From a bacterium (GTDB lineage Bacteria > Patescibacteriota > Minisyncoccia > UBA6257 > GWB1-50-10), in contig NZBZ01000004.1 in NCBI GenBank assembly GCA_002686365.1, positions 27,079 to 91,078 on the forward strand: a stretch of DNA of 64,000 bases, in the 5' to 3' direction. Made by a program: the position numbers and the translations under genes. Positions 37,818-48,579 of the stretch are shown piece by piece; position 1 is the first letter of the stretch; each line of letters opens with the position of its first letter. A model generated the notes under the pieces. The model saw nothing but the letters and a program-made list of their open reading frames with translations, was not told the origin of the DNA and did not search any database.

Positions 37818-37920
37818 CCCCTGTTTTCGGGTTTTGTAAAAAAATCCGCCTCGGCAGTGAGATGCTTTGGCGGGTGTACGATGTTTGCGGGGCGTGATGG
37901 CTCGGCCACGTTCGCGCGGG

Positions 37921-38571
37921 TCAGGCGGTGAGTGCGACCCAGACGTTGGGATCTTGTCCCCATTTGCCCGTAGGAGGATGCGCGACGATGACTTCCACGA
38001 GAGGCTTCCACTTCGTGAGCATGTCGGTGTTGTCATTTGCCGCACAGGCTATGAGTATTCGTAGGATGTAGTCGATTCCTCCCTCCAGACACTTCTGGGG
38101 CGTTTCGGGGAGGCCGATGTTCCTGACAGTGGAGCACACTTCTTGGGAGAAGGCTTCGTATGCCTCGTCGAGGCCTTTCGGCATCTCCAGGCCTTCGGCC
38201 AGCTTGTCGAGTATGATCGTAGATACGTACCCGTCGTCTGGAACGCTATCTACGAAGAGTGTCTCGAGCTCGCCTTTGGTGATAGGGCCGTATGCAAGGA
38301 GATTCTCCCACAGCTCTTCGTCGGCCCATTCGGGTCGCGTGTCAGGTACTGGATTGCTTGCCGAGAGATGAATTACTCTCTCGACTCTTTCTGTCAGCGT
38401 TCTCAGAAGTGCCTGTTGGATCTTCTTTGTGTCGCAGTCGTCTCCTGATGTCAGGCTCCATCCAGCTTCGGTTGCCTGGAGAATGGGCCTGATTGTTTCC
38501 TCCAAGGCATCAACTGTTGTCTCGTCCGTGTGTTCGAGCAGAGCGACTTGCAGACGTTCCCAGCTTTCCAT
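37921..38571 (-). CDS. Orphan acidic protein (cassette between 20 bp direct repeats)
   Basis: SD gggagg; terminator ccgcc..ggcgg-T7 near 37838-37875. Confidence 0.78.
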   Translation of the reverse strand: MESWERLQVALLEHTDETTVDALEETIRPILQATEAGWSLTSGDDCDTKKIQQALLRTLTERVERVIHLSASNPVPDTRPEWADEELWENLLAYGPITKGELETLFVDSVPDDGYVSTIILDKLAEGLEMPKGLDEAYEAFSQEVCSTVRNIGLPETPQKCLEGGIDYILRILIACAANDNTDMLTKWKPLVEVIVAHPPTGKWGQDPNVWVALTA

Positions 38572-38651
38572 TGGGGAGCCTCCCTTTTGGCGGCGCTGGC
38601 GTTTAGGGCGTCACTGTGTTTTTTGTACTTGTTTTTTACTTGTGTGTCAAT

Positions 38652-38671
38652 GTTTTTAGCTTGTTTGGCAA
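38652..38671 (+). repeat. 20 bp direct repeat, right
   Basis: Identical to 37798-37817. Confidence 0.9.
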
Positions 38672-38678
38672 GGTTTTG

Positions 38679-38706
38679 TTGACAATCAGGACCCCTTCCT
38701 TATAAT
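38679..38706 (+). promoter_or_regulatory. rRNA promoter
   Basis: ttgaca-16 nt-tataat. Confidence 0.8.
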
Positions 38707-38822
38707 AAGGGCGAGCTTAGAGAAGCTGGTTTTTTTCTGCCCTGACAGATGTTTGACATATGTAGTAGTAGGTAATTAACAGAGGTGTTAATAATAGAGA
38801 ATTTTTTTAGTTGTCCCAATTT

Positions 38823-40312
<1,490 letters not shown>

Positions 40313-40701
40313 CGACTATACAATTTGTATAGTACCTTCTGCGGAAGGTAACTCGCCTTTGCATAAAGCTTTGGCGAGAAAAACCCGCCTTTGCTCACTT
40401 TGTGAGCTATGGCGTGGTAAAGGATGTTGGCCGAGGAGTCCTATGTGTTTCGGCTTCTGTTTAAACTCTTATGTGTGCGAAAGCACACGAATTATGACCT
40501 GCCTGTTGGTAGGTAGGTTCGTGTGAATTTCGTACACACTATTTGAGTGTGGACAGATTCTTGGGACAACTAAAAAAATTCTTTACTTTATCTTTTAGAG
40601 ATTTTGTTTAACACAAAAACAGCCAATAGGCTGTTTTTGTGTTTTTCTTGGCATTGTCTTTGTGTGGAGCTTCAATAGTAAAAGGTGATATACTACTGGT
40701 A

Positions 40702-41163
40702 ATGGAAGAGCAACAACAGCCTATTCAGTCTGCGCAGCCCGCCTCTGGCGCGGCAAAGTCCGCCTCTGCCCAAAGCTCTGGTCAGGCAAAGAGGGTGCTT
40801 ATTGTTGAAGATGAGCCACTTTTGGGGAATCTTTTGAAACAGCGTCTTGGGAAAGAGGGCATCAGTGTTACTCTTGTTCGTGATGGAGAGGAGGCACTTC
40901 GTTCTTTACAGAACGAAGTGCCTGATTTGGTTCTTTTGGATATTATTCTGCCTAAGGTTTCCGGCTTTGAGCTTATGGAGAAGATTAATAGTGATCCTGC
41001 ACTTGCAGGGAAAAAGGTTTCTATTGTGGTGATTTCTAATTTGGGACAGGAGGGAGATGTTCAGAAGGGACAGCAGCTTGGAGCTATAGGGTATTTTGTA
41101 AAGGCACAGCTTTCAATCGAGGGCTTGGTTTCGCAGGTTAGGGAGTTTTTTAGTAAGAATTAG
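40702..41163 (+). CDS. Single-domain response regulator
   Basis: LIVEDE, LLDIILP, SN, YFVKA. Confidence 0.92.
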   Translation: MEEQQQPIQSAQPASGAAKSASAQSSGQAKRVLIVEDEPLLGNLLKQRLGKEGISVTLVRDGEEALRSLQNEVPDLVLLDIILPKVSGFELMEKINSDPALAGKKVSIVVISNLGQEGDVQKGQQLGAIGYFVKAQLSIEGLVSQVREFFSKN

Positions 41164-41284
41164 GCATAGGAGTGGGATTTCTCTCCATATTGTTATCCCC
41201 AGTAACTTTGCATAAAATTTGTTATAATACTAGTATTAATGAAACTTTACTCAAGGTCGAACCCGTTATTTTAGAAGTGTTTTT

Positions 41285-41863
41285 ATGAAAAAAGGATTTA
41301 CACTTATTGAGCTTCTTGTTGTAATCGCGATTCTTGCTGTACTTGCGACAGCAGTTGTTTTGGTTTTGAACCCTGCAGAGCTTATTAGGCAGAGCCGTGA
41401 TGCAACGAGAATATCTGATTTAGAGGCGATAAATACTGCTTTGGGATTCTATTTGGCTGATGTTGATCCTTCTAATATTAGTCTTGCTGAAGCATCAAGT
41501 GATGTTTGTCCAGCAACTGCGCGATGCACTTTTGCAAGCAGTACTTCTCCACTTGGAGGTAGGACGTGTGTTGTGCCTAGCGCAGCAGACTTATCTACGG
41601 TAGGTGGCGCTGGATGGATTGACGTGAATCTTGGAGCAATTACAGGAGGTTCCCCGCTTTCGTCACTTCCAATTGATCCTCGTAATACTGCTCCGCATCT
41701 TTTCTACTCATATGCGTGCGATAGCGCGAGTACATGGTATGAGATTAATGCGGATATGGAGAGCATAAAGTATAGTTCAGGCTCTTCAAATGTAGAGGCT
41801 AATGATGGAGGAGATAATGATAATGTGTATGAGGTTGGAAATGATCCGGGACTTGATCTGTAG
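41285..41863 (+). CDS. Type IV pilin (probable major pilin)
   Basis: MKKGFTLIELLVVIAI. Confidence 0.95.
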   Translation: MKKGFTLIELLVVIAILAVLATAVVLVLNPAELIRQSRDATRISDLEAINTALGFYLADVDPSNISLAEASSDVCPATARCTFASSTSPLGGRTCVVPSAADLSTVGGAGWIDVNLGAITGGSPLSSLPIDPRNTAPHLFYSYACDSASTWYEINADMESIKYSSGSSNVEANDGGDNDNVYEVGNDPGLDL

Positions 41864-41934
41864 ATAGTTCTTGATTTGTTTTTGGGAAGCGTCGGCATTT
41901 GGTCGGCGTTTTCTTTTCTAGTAAAATAGAGCTT

Positions 41935-42519
41935 ATGACTTTATCCTTTCTAACGGGGTTTACCATTTTGTTTTTGACCGTAGGTCTGTTTTTTCAGATA
42001 TTTTTGAGAGGCAGGATTCGGTTTTTTCAGTATCTATTTTTTATAGCTCTTTTGGGAATTTTGGGGGTTTATCTGTATCTTGTGTATGGACAGTATGTGC
42101 TCTGGCGTGATTCAGGTCCTCCGTCCAGCTTTTTTGTTCCTCCGCATAGAAGCGCTTTGTATGTTTTTGGGTATCATTTTACTCGTTTTGGTCTGCAGTA
42201 TCTTATTTCTTTAGGGGTTTCGATTTTGTTTTTCTTTCTTTCTTTGCGTCTGAATCAAAGATTTGGAGAGAGATTTTTTGAAAGAGAAGAGTTGTGGCTT
42301 GGGGCATTTTCTATTTTTCTTTTAGGGAATCCAGTATGGAATTACGCATGGATTTATTACCTTTTACTTCTAGGTCTTTTGTCAGTCTTGGGGTCTCTTT
42401 TTGCGCAGTATGTTTTTCGTATTCGTGAGAGATTTCCTTTGTACTGGTTATGGATTCCGTGTGCTCTTGGAGTTATACTTATACAAAAGCTTATAGCTTA
42501 TGGCTTCATTAGCTTTTAG
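41935..42519 (+). CDS. Multi-TM hypothetical protein in the pilus locus
   Basis: Hydrophobic; between pilin and pilB. Confidence 0.75.
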   Translation: MTLSFLTGFTILFLTVGLFFQIFLRGRIRFFQYLFFIALLGILGVYLYLVYGQYVLWRDSGPPSSFFVPPHRSALYVFGYHFTRFGLQYLISLGVSILFFFLSLRLNQRFGERFFEREELWLGAFSIFLLGNPVWNYAWIYYLLLLGLLSVLGSLFAQYVFRIRERFPLYWLWIPCALGVILIQKLIAYGFISF

Positions 42520-42590
42520 CTTTTTGTTATCTTGTCGAATTTTTTCCGTAAAGCTAACAAGCTATAAGCTAACACACTAGAAGCTAATTT

Positions 42591-44315
42591 ATGATTCCAT
42601 TACCTCCAGATAAAATTAAGAATCTTCTTGTTCAGGAGGGGCTTGTTGATGTTGAAAAGTTTGATGCTGCACTTGGGGAGGCGCAGCGTAAGCGTCAGGA
42701 AGTTGTTGAGGTTCTTATCTCACAGGGACTCTTGAACAAGGATTATTTTTATACTCTTCTTGCAAAGCATTTGGGAGTAGATCGGATACGGATTCGTACT
42801 TCTGATATTGATGAGAAGGTTCTTCGGATGCTTCCGGAGGATGTAGCTCGTGAGAGGCGGGCTATTGTTTTTGCCAGAGAGACAGATGGTACGTTTGATG
42901 TGGCAATGGAGAATCCTACAGATCTTGAGACTACTGATTTTTTGTCTTTGAAGCTTGATGGATCGGTGAAGGCATACTTGGCAACAGATGAGGATTTGAA
43001 TAGGGGATTTTCTTTGTATGAGGAGAAGTTAACTCAGGACTTTAAGAAAATTATTGAGGATAGTATTCGGGAGTCTTTGAGGTCAAAGGTTCAGGGTGAG
43101 GAGGATCTTGAACAGGCTGCTGAAGATCTTCCTATTGTTGCGATTGTTGATAATTTGCTTGCTTATTCGGTATCTTCTAGGGCTTCTGATATCCATGTGG
43201 AGATTTTAGATGATGCGGTTCTTGTTCGATTTCGTATTGATGGCGTTCTCCATGAGATTATTCGTATGCCTAAAGAGATTCATCCTGCAGTTATTGCCAG
43301 GATTAAGATTCTTTCCGGACTTCGGGTTGATGAACATTCGAAGCCGCAGGATGGGCGTTTTCGGCATAAGATAGGAGATGAGAATATTGATATTCGTGTT
43401 TCCGCGCTCCCAACGTTTTATGGAGAGAAGATTGTCATGCGTCTTTTGAAGGGCGCGGACCGGCCTCTTTCTTTAGCTGAACTTGGAATTGTTGATGATC
43501 GTATGCGTGATGTAATTGTAGATGCGATTTCGAAGAGCTATGGAATGTTTTTGGTGTGTGGTCCTACTGGGTCTGGAAAGACGACGACGCTTTATTCAAT
43601 TCTTAATATGTTGAATCGTCCTGAGGTGAATATTGTCACAGTTGAGGATCCAATTGAGTATGATATGCGGTTTGTGAATCAGGTTCAGGTGAATGCTGCT
43701 GCTGGTATTACGTTTGCCGGCGGTCTTCGGTCAATCTTGAGGCAGGATCCTAATATTATTATGGTTGGTGAGGTTCGGGATGCTGACACTGCAAGCATTG
43801 CTGTGCAGTCCGCGCTTACCGGGCATCTTGTTCTTTCTAGTTTGCATACGAATGATGCTCCTACTGCAATTCCACGGCTTTTTGATATGAAACTTCCTCC
43901 ATTTTTGATTGCTGCGGTTTTGAACGCGGTATTTGCTCAGCGTCTTACTCGGAGGATCCATCTTCAGTGCATAGAGTCGTATACGCCGGATTCTGCGACG
44001 CTTGATAGTATCTCTGATCAGTTAAAGGCATTGAATGTGGATCCCGGAGCAATAAAGATGCCTACTACGTTTTATCGCGGGAAGGGGTGTGATGCGTGCA
44101 GCGGCACTGGGTATTTGGGGCGAGTTGGTATTTTTGAGGTCTTGCATATTACGGGGGCGCTTCGAAAGCTTATTGTTAGTCCTCAATTTTCTCTTGACGC
44201 GCTTCGGCAGGCTGCTCGTAAGGAGGGAATGGTGACGATGTTTGAAGATGGTTTGCAGAAGGTTGAGCGTGGTGTTACTACAATTGATGAGGTGTTTAGA
44301 GTAATTCGTGAATAA
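42591..44315 (+). CDS. pilB: Type IV pilus assembly ATPase
   Basis: N-terminal domain, GPTGSGKTT, TVEDPIEY, LHTND. Confidence 0.93.
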   Translation: MIPLPPDKIKNLLVQEGLVDVEKFDAALGEAQRKRQEVVEVLISQGLLNKDYFYTLLAKHLGVDRIRIRTSDIDEKVLRMLPEDVARERRAIVFARETDGTFDVAMENPTDLETTDFLSLKLDGSVKAYLATDEDLNRGFSLYEEKLTQDFKKIIEDSIRESLRSKVQGEEDLEQAAEDLPIVAIVDNLLAYSVSSRASDIHVEILDDAVLVRFRIDGVLHEIIRMPKEIHPAVIARIKILSGLRVDEHSKPQDGRFRHKIGDENIDIRVSALPTFYGEKIVMRLLKGADRPLSLAELGIVDDRMRDVIVDAISKSYGMFLVCGPTGSGKTTTLYSILNMLNRPEVNIVTVEDPIEYDMRFVNQVQVNAAAGITFAGGLRSILRQDPNIIMVGEVRDADTASIAVQSALTGHLVLSSLHTNDAPTAIPRLFDMKLPPFLIAAVLNAVFAQRLTRRIHLQCIESYTPDSATLDSISDQLKALNVDPGAIKMPTTFYRGKGCDACSGTGYLGRVGIFEVLHITGALRKLIVSPQFSLDALRQAARKEGMVTMFEDGLQKVERGVTTIDEVFRVIRE

Positions 44316-45530
44316 ATGCGGTATAAATACACAGCGACACAATCTGATGGGAAGATTGCAGATGGTGAGATGGATGCTGTAGATGTTCCTCAGGTATTGC
44401 AGTTTATCGCCTCCAGAGGGTTGAAGCCTATCAGTGTTCAGAAGACTGGAGGTTTTTGGCAGAAGCTGAAGCATGTTCAGGTTTTTGGCGGCAGTATTAC
44501 GCCCATAGATCAGATTTTTATATCAAAGTATTTGGGGCTTATGCTTAAGATTGGCACGAGTCTTTTGCAGGCAATTAATATTCTTCTTGAAGACTTTAAG
44601 AAGCCTGCTGTGAGAGAGTTTCTTGTTCGGGTGCGTACTAGTCTTGAGCAGGGTCAGCCCTTCCACCTCGTTTTTCAGAATTATCCTAAGGTGTTTAGTT
44701 CTGTGTATGTGAATCTTGTAAAAGCCGGAGAGTCATCTGGAAATCTTGATAGTACATTTGAGAATTTGAGCGAATCTCTTGCTAAAGAGAAGGATTTGAA
44801 AGATCAGGTGAGAGGAGCTCTTGTCTATCCTATTATTCTGCTTGGCGCTTCATTTCTTATTCTTGTGTTTTTGATAACATTTGCTCTTCCTCGAATTTCT
44901 CAGGTTTTTACTGATGGAGGATTTGATCCTCCCCTTTTTTCTCGTGTTGTATTTAGCATAGGTCTTTTGTTTGGCAAGATTGGCTGGATTGTTGTAGTTG
45001 GTTTTATTTTGGCCATTATTCTCGCGTTTTATTTCTACCGCGCCTCTATTTTGTTTAAGCGGTTTGTTATTAGAACTCTTTCCGGGCTTCCTATGATTCG
45101 GGATGTTGTGCGAAAGATTGCGCTCCAGCGATTTTCTGCTACGCTTTCGTCTCTTATTCGTGCTGGCATGCCTTTTACTGAATCGCTTGAAATTACGGCC
45201 GATGCTGTCGGAAATACAGAGCTTAAAGACGCTCTTCTTCGAATTTCTCGAGAGGGAATTTCTAAGGGTCTTACTGTTGGAGAGGCGTTCAAACGAGAAA
45301 CTTTTTTCCCGCAGACTGTGATAAATCTTATTTCTGTTTCAGAGAGAGCCGGTCATATTGAAGAGGTGCTTGACGCTCTTTCGGATTTTTACGCAAAGGA
45401 AGTTTCTAGTTCTTTGAAGACGGTAGTGTCATTTCTTGAGCCTGTTCTTCTTATGTTTGTTGGCGGTATTGTGGGAGTTATTGCTTTATCTGTGATTATT
45501 CCGGTGTATCAGCTTACGTCGCAGTTTTAA
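44316..45530 (+). CDS. pilC: Type IV pilus platform protein (GspF family)
   Basis: GESSGNL, ALVYP, LEP. Confidence 0.93.
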   Translation: MRYKYTATQSDGKIADGEMDAVDVPQVLQFIASRGLKPISVQKTGGFWQKLKHVQVFGGSITPIDQIFISKYLGLMLKIGTSLLQAINILLEDFKKPAVREFLVRVRTSLEQGQPFHLVFQNYPKVFSSVYVNLVKAGESSGNLDSTFENLSESLAKEKDLKDQVRGALVYPIILLGASFLILVFLITFALPRISQVFTDGGFDPPLFSRVVFSIGLLFGKIGWIVVVGFILAIILAFYFYRASILFKRFVIRTLSGLPMIRDVVRKIALQRFSATLSSLIRAGMPFTESLEITADAVGNTELKDALLRISREGISKGLTVGEAFKRETFFPQTVINLISVSERAGHIEEVLDALSDFYAKEVSSSLKTVVSFLEPVLLMFVGGIVGVIALSVIIPVYQLTSQF

Positions 45531-45581
45531 TCTAGCTTATAGCTTTTAGCTTCATTAGCTTTTAGGTTTTATAATAGATGT

Positions 45582-46724
45582 ATGTTTTTATCTTTCTTGA
45601 AAGTTATAAAGACTTGCTTGCCGGTAGGCGGGGCAGGTAGGTATAAGTTACGAACTTGTAAGGGCTTTACTCTTGTTGAGGTGATGATTGCTCTTGCTGT
45701 GCTTGTAGCCCTTTCAACTTTTGGGTTTACAAGCTTGTTTGGTATTCGTGAGTCCAGGAGTGTTCGAAGCGCTGCCCAGGGAATTAATTCTGTACTGCAG
45801 GATGCCAGAGAGCGTTCTCTTACTCAGGCAGACGGCATGAGCTGGGGAGTGCGTTTTCTTCATCCTTCAGAGGATGTTTATGAGTATCAGGAGTTTTTTG
45901 ATGCTCCGTTTGGAGTACACAAGGCGCATTTTTTGTCGAACGGCGTGCAGTTTTCTGATTTGCCTTTAGGAGATACATTTGATGTTGCGTTTCAGTCGGT
46001 GAACGGAATGTCGTCGTTGGATAAAATTATCTCAGTTGCCAGCTCTGGAAAGGGAGGAGTTGTAGGAGATGTAATTCTTCGTTCTGTTGGTTTTATTTCT
46101 CCTCGTCTTGAGAAGGGAGTTGCGGGGTATTGGCATTTTGATCAAGAGAATGGTTCAGTGGCCTATGATGCGAGTGGTCTTGAAGGAAATGGAAGTATTT
46201 CCGGCGCAGTGTGGGATGGGCCATGTAGGGCTGGGGGATGCCTTCGATTTGATGGGGCAGATGATTATGTTTCTGGATCTTTTCCTCACACATTTTCTTC
46301 TTTTTCTATTTTGGGATGGGTTCGATTGGATGGAGATGGTGGTAATAAGGGGGCTCTTTGGTCTGGGTATGATGGTTCTTTGGGGCGGATATACGCACGA
46401 GTTTTGGGCTCATCCCGGAAGCCAAGCTTTTATACGAATCCTGGCGGCGGTGAGGGGACGACTGCTGCTATGACAGCTCTTTCAGATGGATGGCATCATC
46501 TTGCGTATGTATATGATGGTATCTCAAAGAAGATTTATATAGATGGCGTTGAGGATGTTTCAGAGGATAGCCCTGATCTTTTATTTCCTCTTGATTCTTT
46601 TGAGATTGGGAGGAGTGAGCAGGATGGGGCTAATGTTCTTCGGGGATGGATTGATGAGCCTCGTGTGTACGACAGAGCGCTTTCCTCAGAAGAGATTTGG
46701 GATCGGTATAATGATTTACGTTAA
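45582..46724 (+). CDS. Minor pilin with LamG-like domain
   Basis: GFTLVEVM; YWHFD, WHHLA, IDEPRVYDRALS. Confidence 0.9.
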   Translation: MFLSFLKVIKTCLPVGGAGRYKLRTCKGFTLVEVMIALAVLVALSTFGFTSLFGIRESRSVRSAAQGINSVLQDARERSLTQADGMSWGVRFLHPSEDVYEYQEFFDAPFGVHKAHFLSNGVQFSDLPLGDTFDVAFQSVNGMSSLDKIISVASSGKGGVVGDVILRSVGFISPRLEKGVAGYWHFDQENGSVAYDASGLEGNGSISGAVWDGPCRAGGCLRFDGADDYVSGSFPHTFSSFSILGWVRLDGDGGNKGALWSGYDGSLGRIYARVLGSSRKPSFYTNPGGGEGTTAAMTALSDGWHHLAYVYDGISKKIYIDGVEDVSEDSPDLLFPLDSFEIGRSEQDGANVLRGWIDEPRVYDRALSSEEIWDRYNDLR

Positions 46725-46779
46725 TTTATAGCTTATGGCTTTTAGCTTCATTAGCTTTTAGGTTTTATAATAAATGTGT

Positions 46780-48042
46780 ATGTTTTCGTTTTTTCTAAAA
46801 GCTATTACCTATAAGCTAAAAGCTAGGTCCGGTCAGTCTCTTATTGAGATTATTGTTGGGCTTGCGATTGGCGCGGTTCTTATTGGCGCTGCTGTGGTAG
46901 GTATTACATTTGTGCTTCGTTCTGGATCTTTGAATCAGCAGTCTCGAACTGCCTCAGGAGTTAGCCGGGCTCTTCTTCAAGAGGTACGGTCTGTATCGGA
47001 TTCAAGCTGGCTGGATGTTTATAATCTTGATAGAGGAATTTCTCATTATATTGTTGCAAGCGGTACTTCTCTTTCTGCGTTTGAAGGGAAGGAGGGTGTT
47101 GTAGTTAACGCGCCTCAGGACGAGCTTCAAGCTCATTGGAATTTTGATGAGTCAGTTGAGAATATTGTTCACAATTCCGTTGCTTCAGGTGTTCGCGGAG
47201 ATATTATCGGTACAATGCCTGTTTTTTCGTGCCGTGTGGGGACGTGTCGTTCGTTTGAGGGCTCTCAATATATGTTTTTTGGAGATGATTCGTCTTTAGA
47301 TCTTCAGGCTGATTTTTCAGTGGCATTGTGGATGTATCCGGATGCTGTTCCTGTTTCTAATGTCGGGCTTGTGAGTAAGGAGGGGTCTCCGTATGGCTAT
47401 GGCATTACATATGACTATGATGTGGATGGGCAGGTTCGATTTTTTGTTCGGGATGAGGGAAGCAGTGTGCAGGCGCCAATGCCGCCTCAGGGCTGGCATC
47501 ATGTTGTTGGAGTATTTGGCAGCTCCCCAAGTTCGTTTCTTAATCTTTACGTAGATGGTCTTCTTGCGGCGACAAGCACATTAGGATTTTCTGCGTCGGG
47601 CGCTTCTGGAGATTTTTTTGTTGGTCGGCATAGTTCCGGTTTTTTTGATGGAATGATTGATGATGTTCGCGTGTATTCTAGGGCGTTTGACGCGAATGAT
47701 GTTTGGTCTCTTTATAATGGAAGAGTTTTTGTTCGTTCTTTTTATGTGGAGGACGTGTTTCGGGATTCTGTTGGAGAAATTGTGTCTTCAGGAGGAAGTC
47801 TTGATCCATCTACTTTGAAAGTTACGATTGTTGTTGAGTGGAATCCTGTTGGATCTGCGGCAGCGCGTCATGAGGTGGAGGATTATTTTACTCGATGGAG
47901 GAATGATGTATTTCATCAGAGTGATTGGTCAGAGGGGCCGGAGTCTTTAGTTCCTATTCCAGAGCCGGGAGGCGGATTTTCTAATTCATCGAATATTCGA
48001 TTTTCTCCCGGGTCTATTCAGATTGATGAGTTAAATGAGTGA
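46780..48042 (+). CDS. Minor pilin with LamG-like domain
   Basis: GQSLIEII; HWNFDE, WHHVVG, IDDVRVYSRA. Confidence 0.9.
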   Translation: MFSFFLKAITYKLKARSGQSLIEIIVGLAIGAVLIGAAVVGITFVLRSGSLNQQSRTASGVSRALLQEVRSVSDSSWLDVYNLDRGISHYIVASGTSLSAFEGKEGVVVNAPQDELQAHWNFDESVENIVHNSVASGVRGDIIGTMPVFSCRVGTCRSFEGSQYMFFGDDSSLDLQADFSVALWMYPDAVPVSNVGLVSKEGSPYGYGITYDYDVDGQVRFFVRDEGSSVQAPMPPQGWHHVVGVFGSSPSSFLNLYVDGLLAATSTLGFSASGASGDFFVGRHSSGFFDGMIDDVRVYSRAFDANDVWSLYNGRVFVRSFYVEDVFRDSVGEIVSSGGSLDPSTLKVTIVVEWNPVGSAAARHEVEDYFTRWRNDVFHQSDWSEGPESLVPIPEPGGGFSNSSNIRFSPGSIQIDELNE

Positions 48043-48061
48043 TTTATAGTACAATACACTT

Positions 48062-48493
48062 ATGGTAAAGGTTCAGCATTTTACAGAGAATTTTGAGCAG
48101 AATGTTCAGCATGCTGGGGAGCGTGTTCAGGAGTATAAAGAGAGTCCTGATTTTCGAGAGGCGCCAAAACGGGAAGTTGTGAAGAAGTCTCTTCGGCAAG
48201 AGAAGGCGCCTTTGCCTCCACCGCCCAGTGCTTCTCAGGATGAGGACGATGATGTAAAGAAGGAGAAGGATTCTCCGGAGAATATGAATTCATTTCTTCC
48301 TGATTATTTCAATGGTGGAGATGCAGAGGGTATGGGTGAGGCAGTAGGACGACTTGCTGAGACAGCTCTTCATGGGAACCTTGAGAAGTCTCTTAAGGAT
48401 GCGCGAAAGCTTACTCCTTTTCTTGAAGATGCGTTTCATGATTCGTTGGTTGATAAGTTATTGCCGGAGATGAAGAGGCGGGGAATTATTTGA
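48062..48493 (+). CDS. Hypothetical protein upstream of the coupling-type ATPase
   Basis: C-terminal PFLEDAFHDSL; tacaat 6 nt upstream. Confidence 0.8.
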   Translation: MVKVQHFTENFEQNVQHAGERVQEYKESPDFREAPKREVVKKSLRQEKAPLPPPPSASQDEDDDVKKEKDSPENMNSFLPDYFNGGDAEGMGEAVGRLAETALHGNLEKSLKDARKLTPFLEDAFHDSLVDKLLPEMKRRGII

Positions 48494-48496
48494 CGA

Positions 48497-48577
48497 GCTT
48501 TTAGCTTCTAGCTTCATTAGCTTTTAGGGGAGAATCTCTTTTAGCTATAAGCTATAAGCTATAAGCTATAAGCTATT
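48497..48577. repeat. TAGCTT/AAGCTA heptamer array
   Basis: agctata x4 just before ATG 48580. Confidence 0.85.
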
Positions 48578-48579
48578 TT

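Noticed and set aside
41935-42519. Prepilin peptidase
   Set aside because: Location and hydrophobicity fit, but the catalytic GxGD aspartate motif is not visible.
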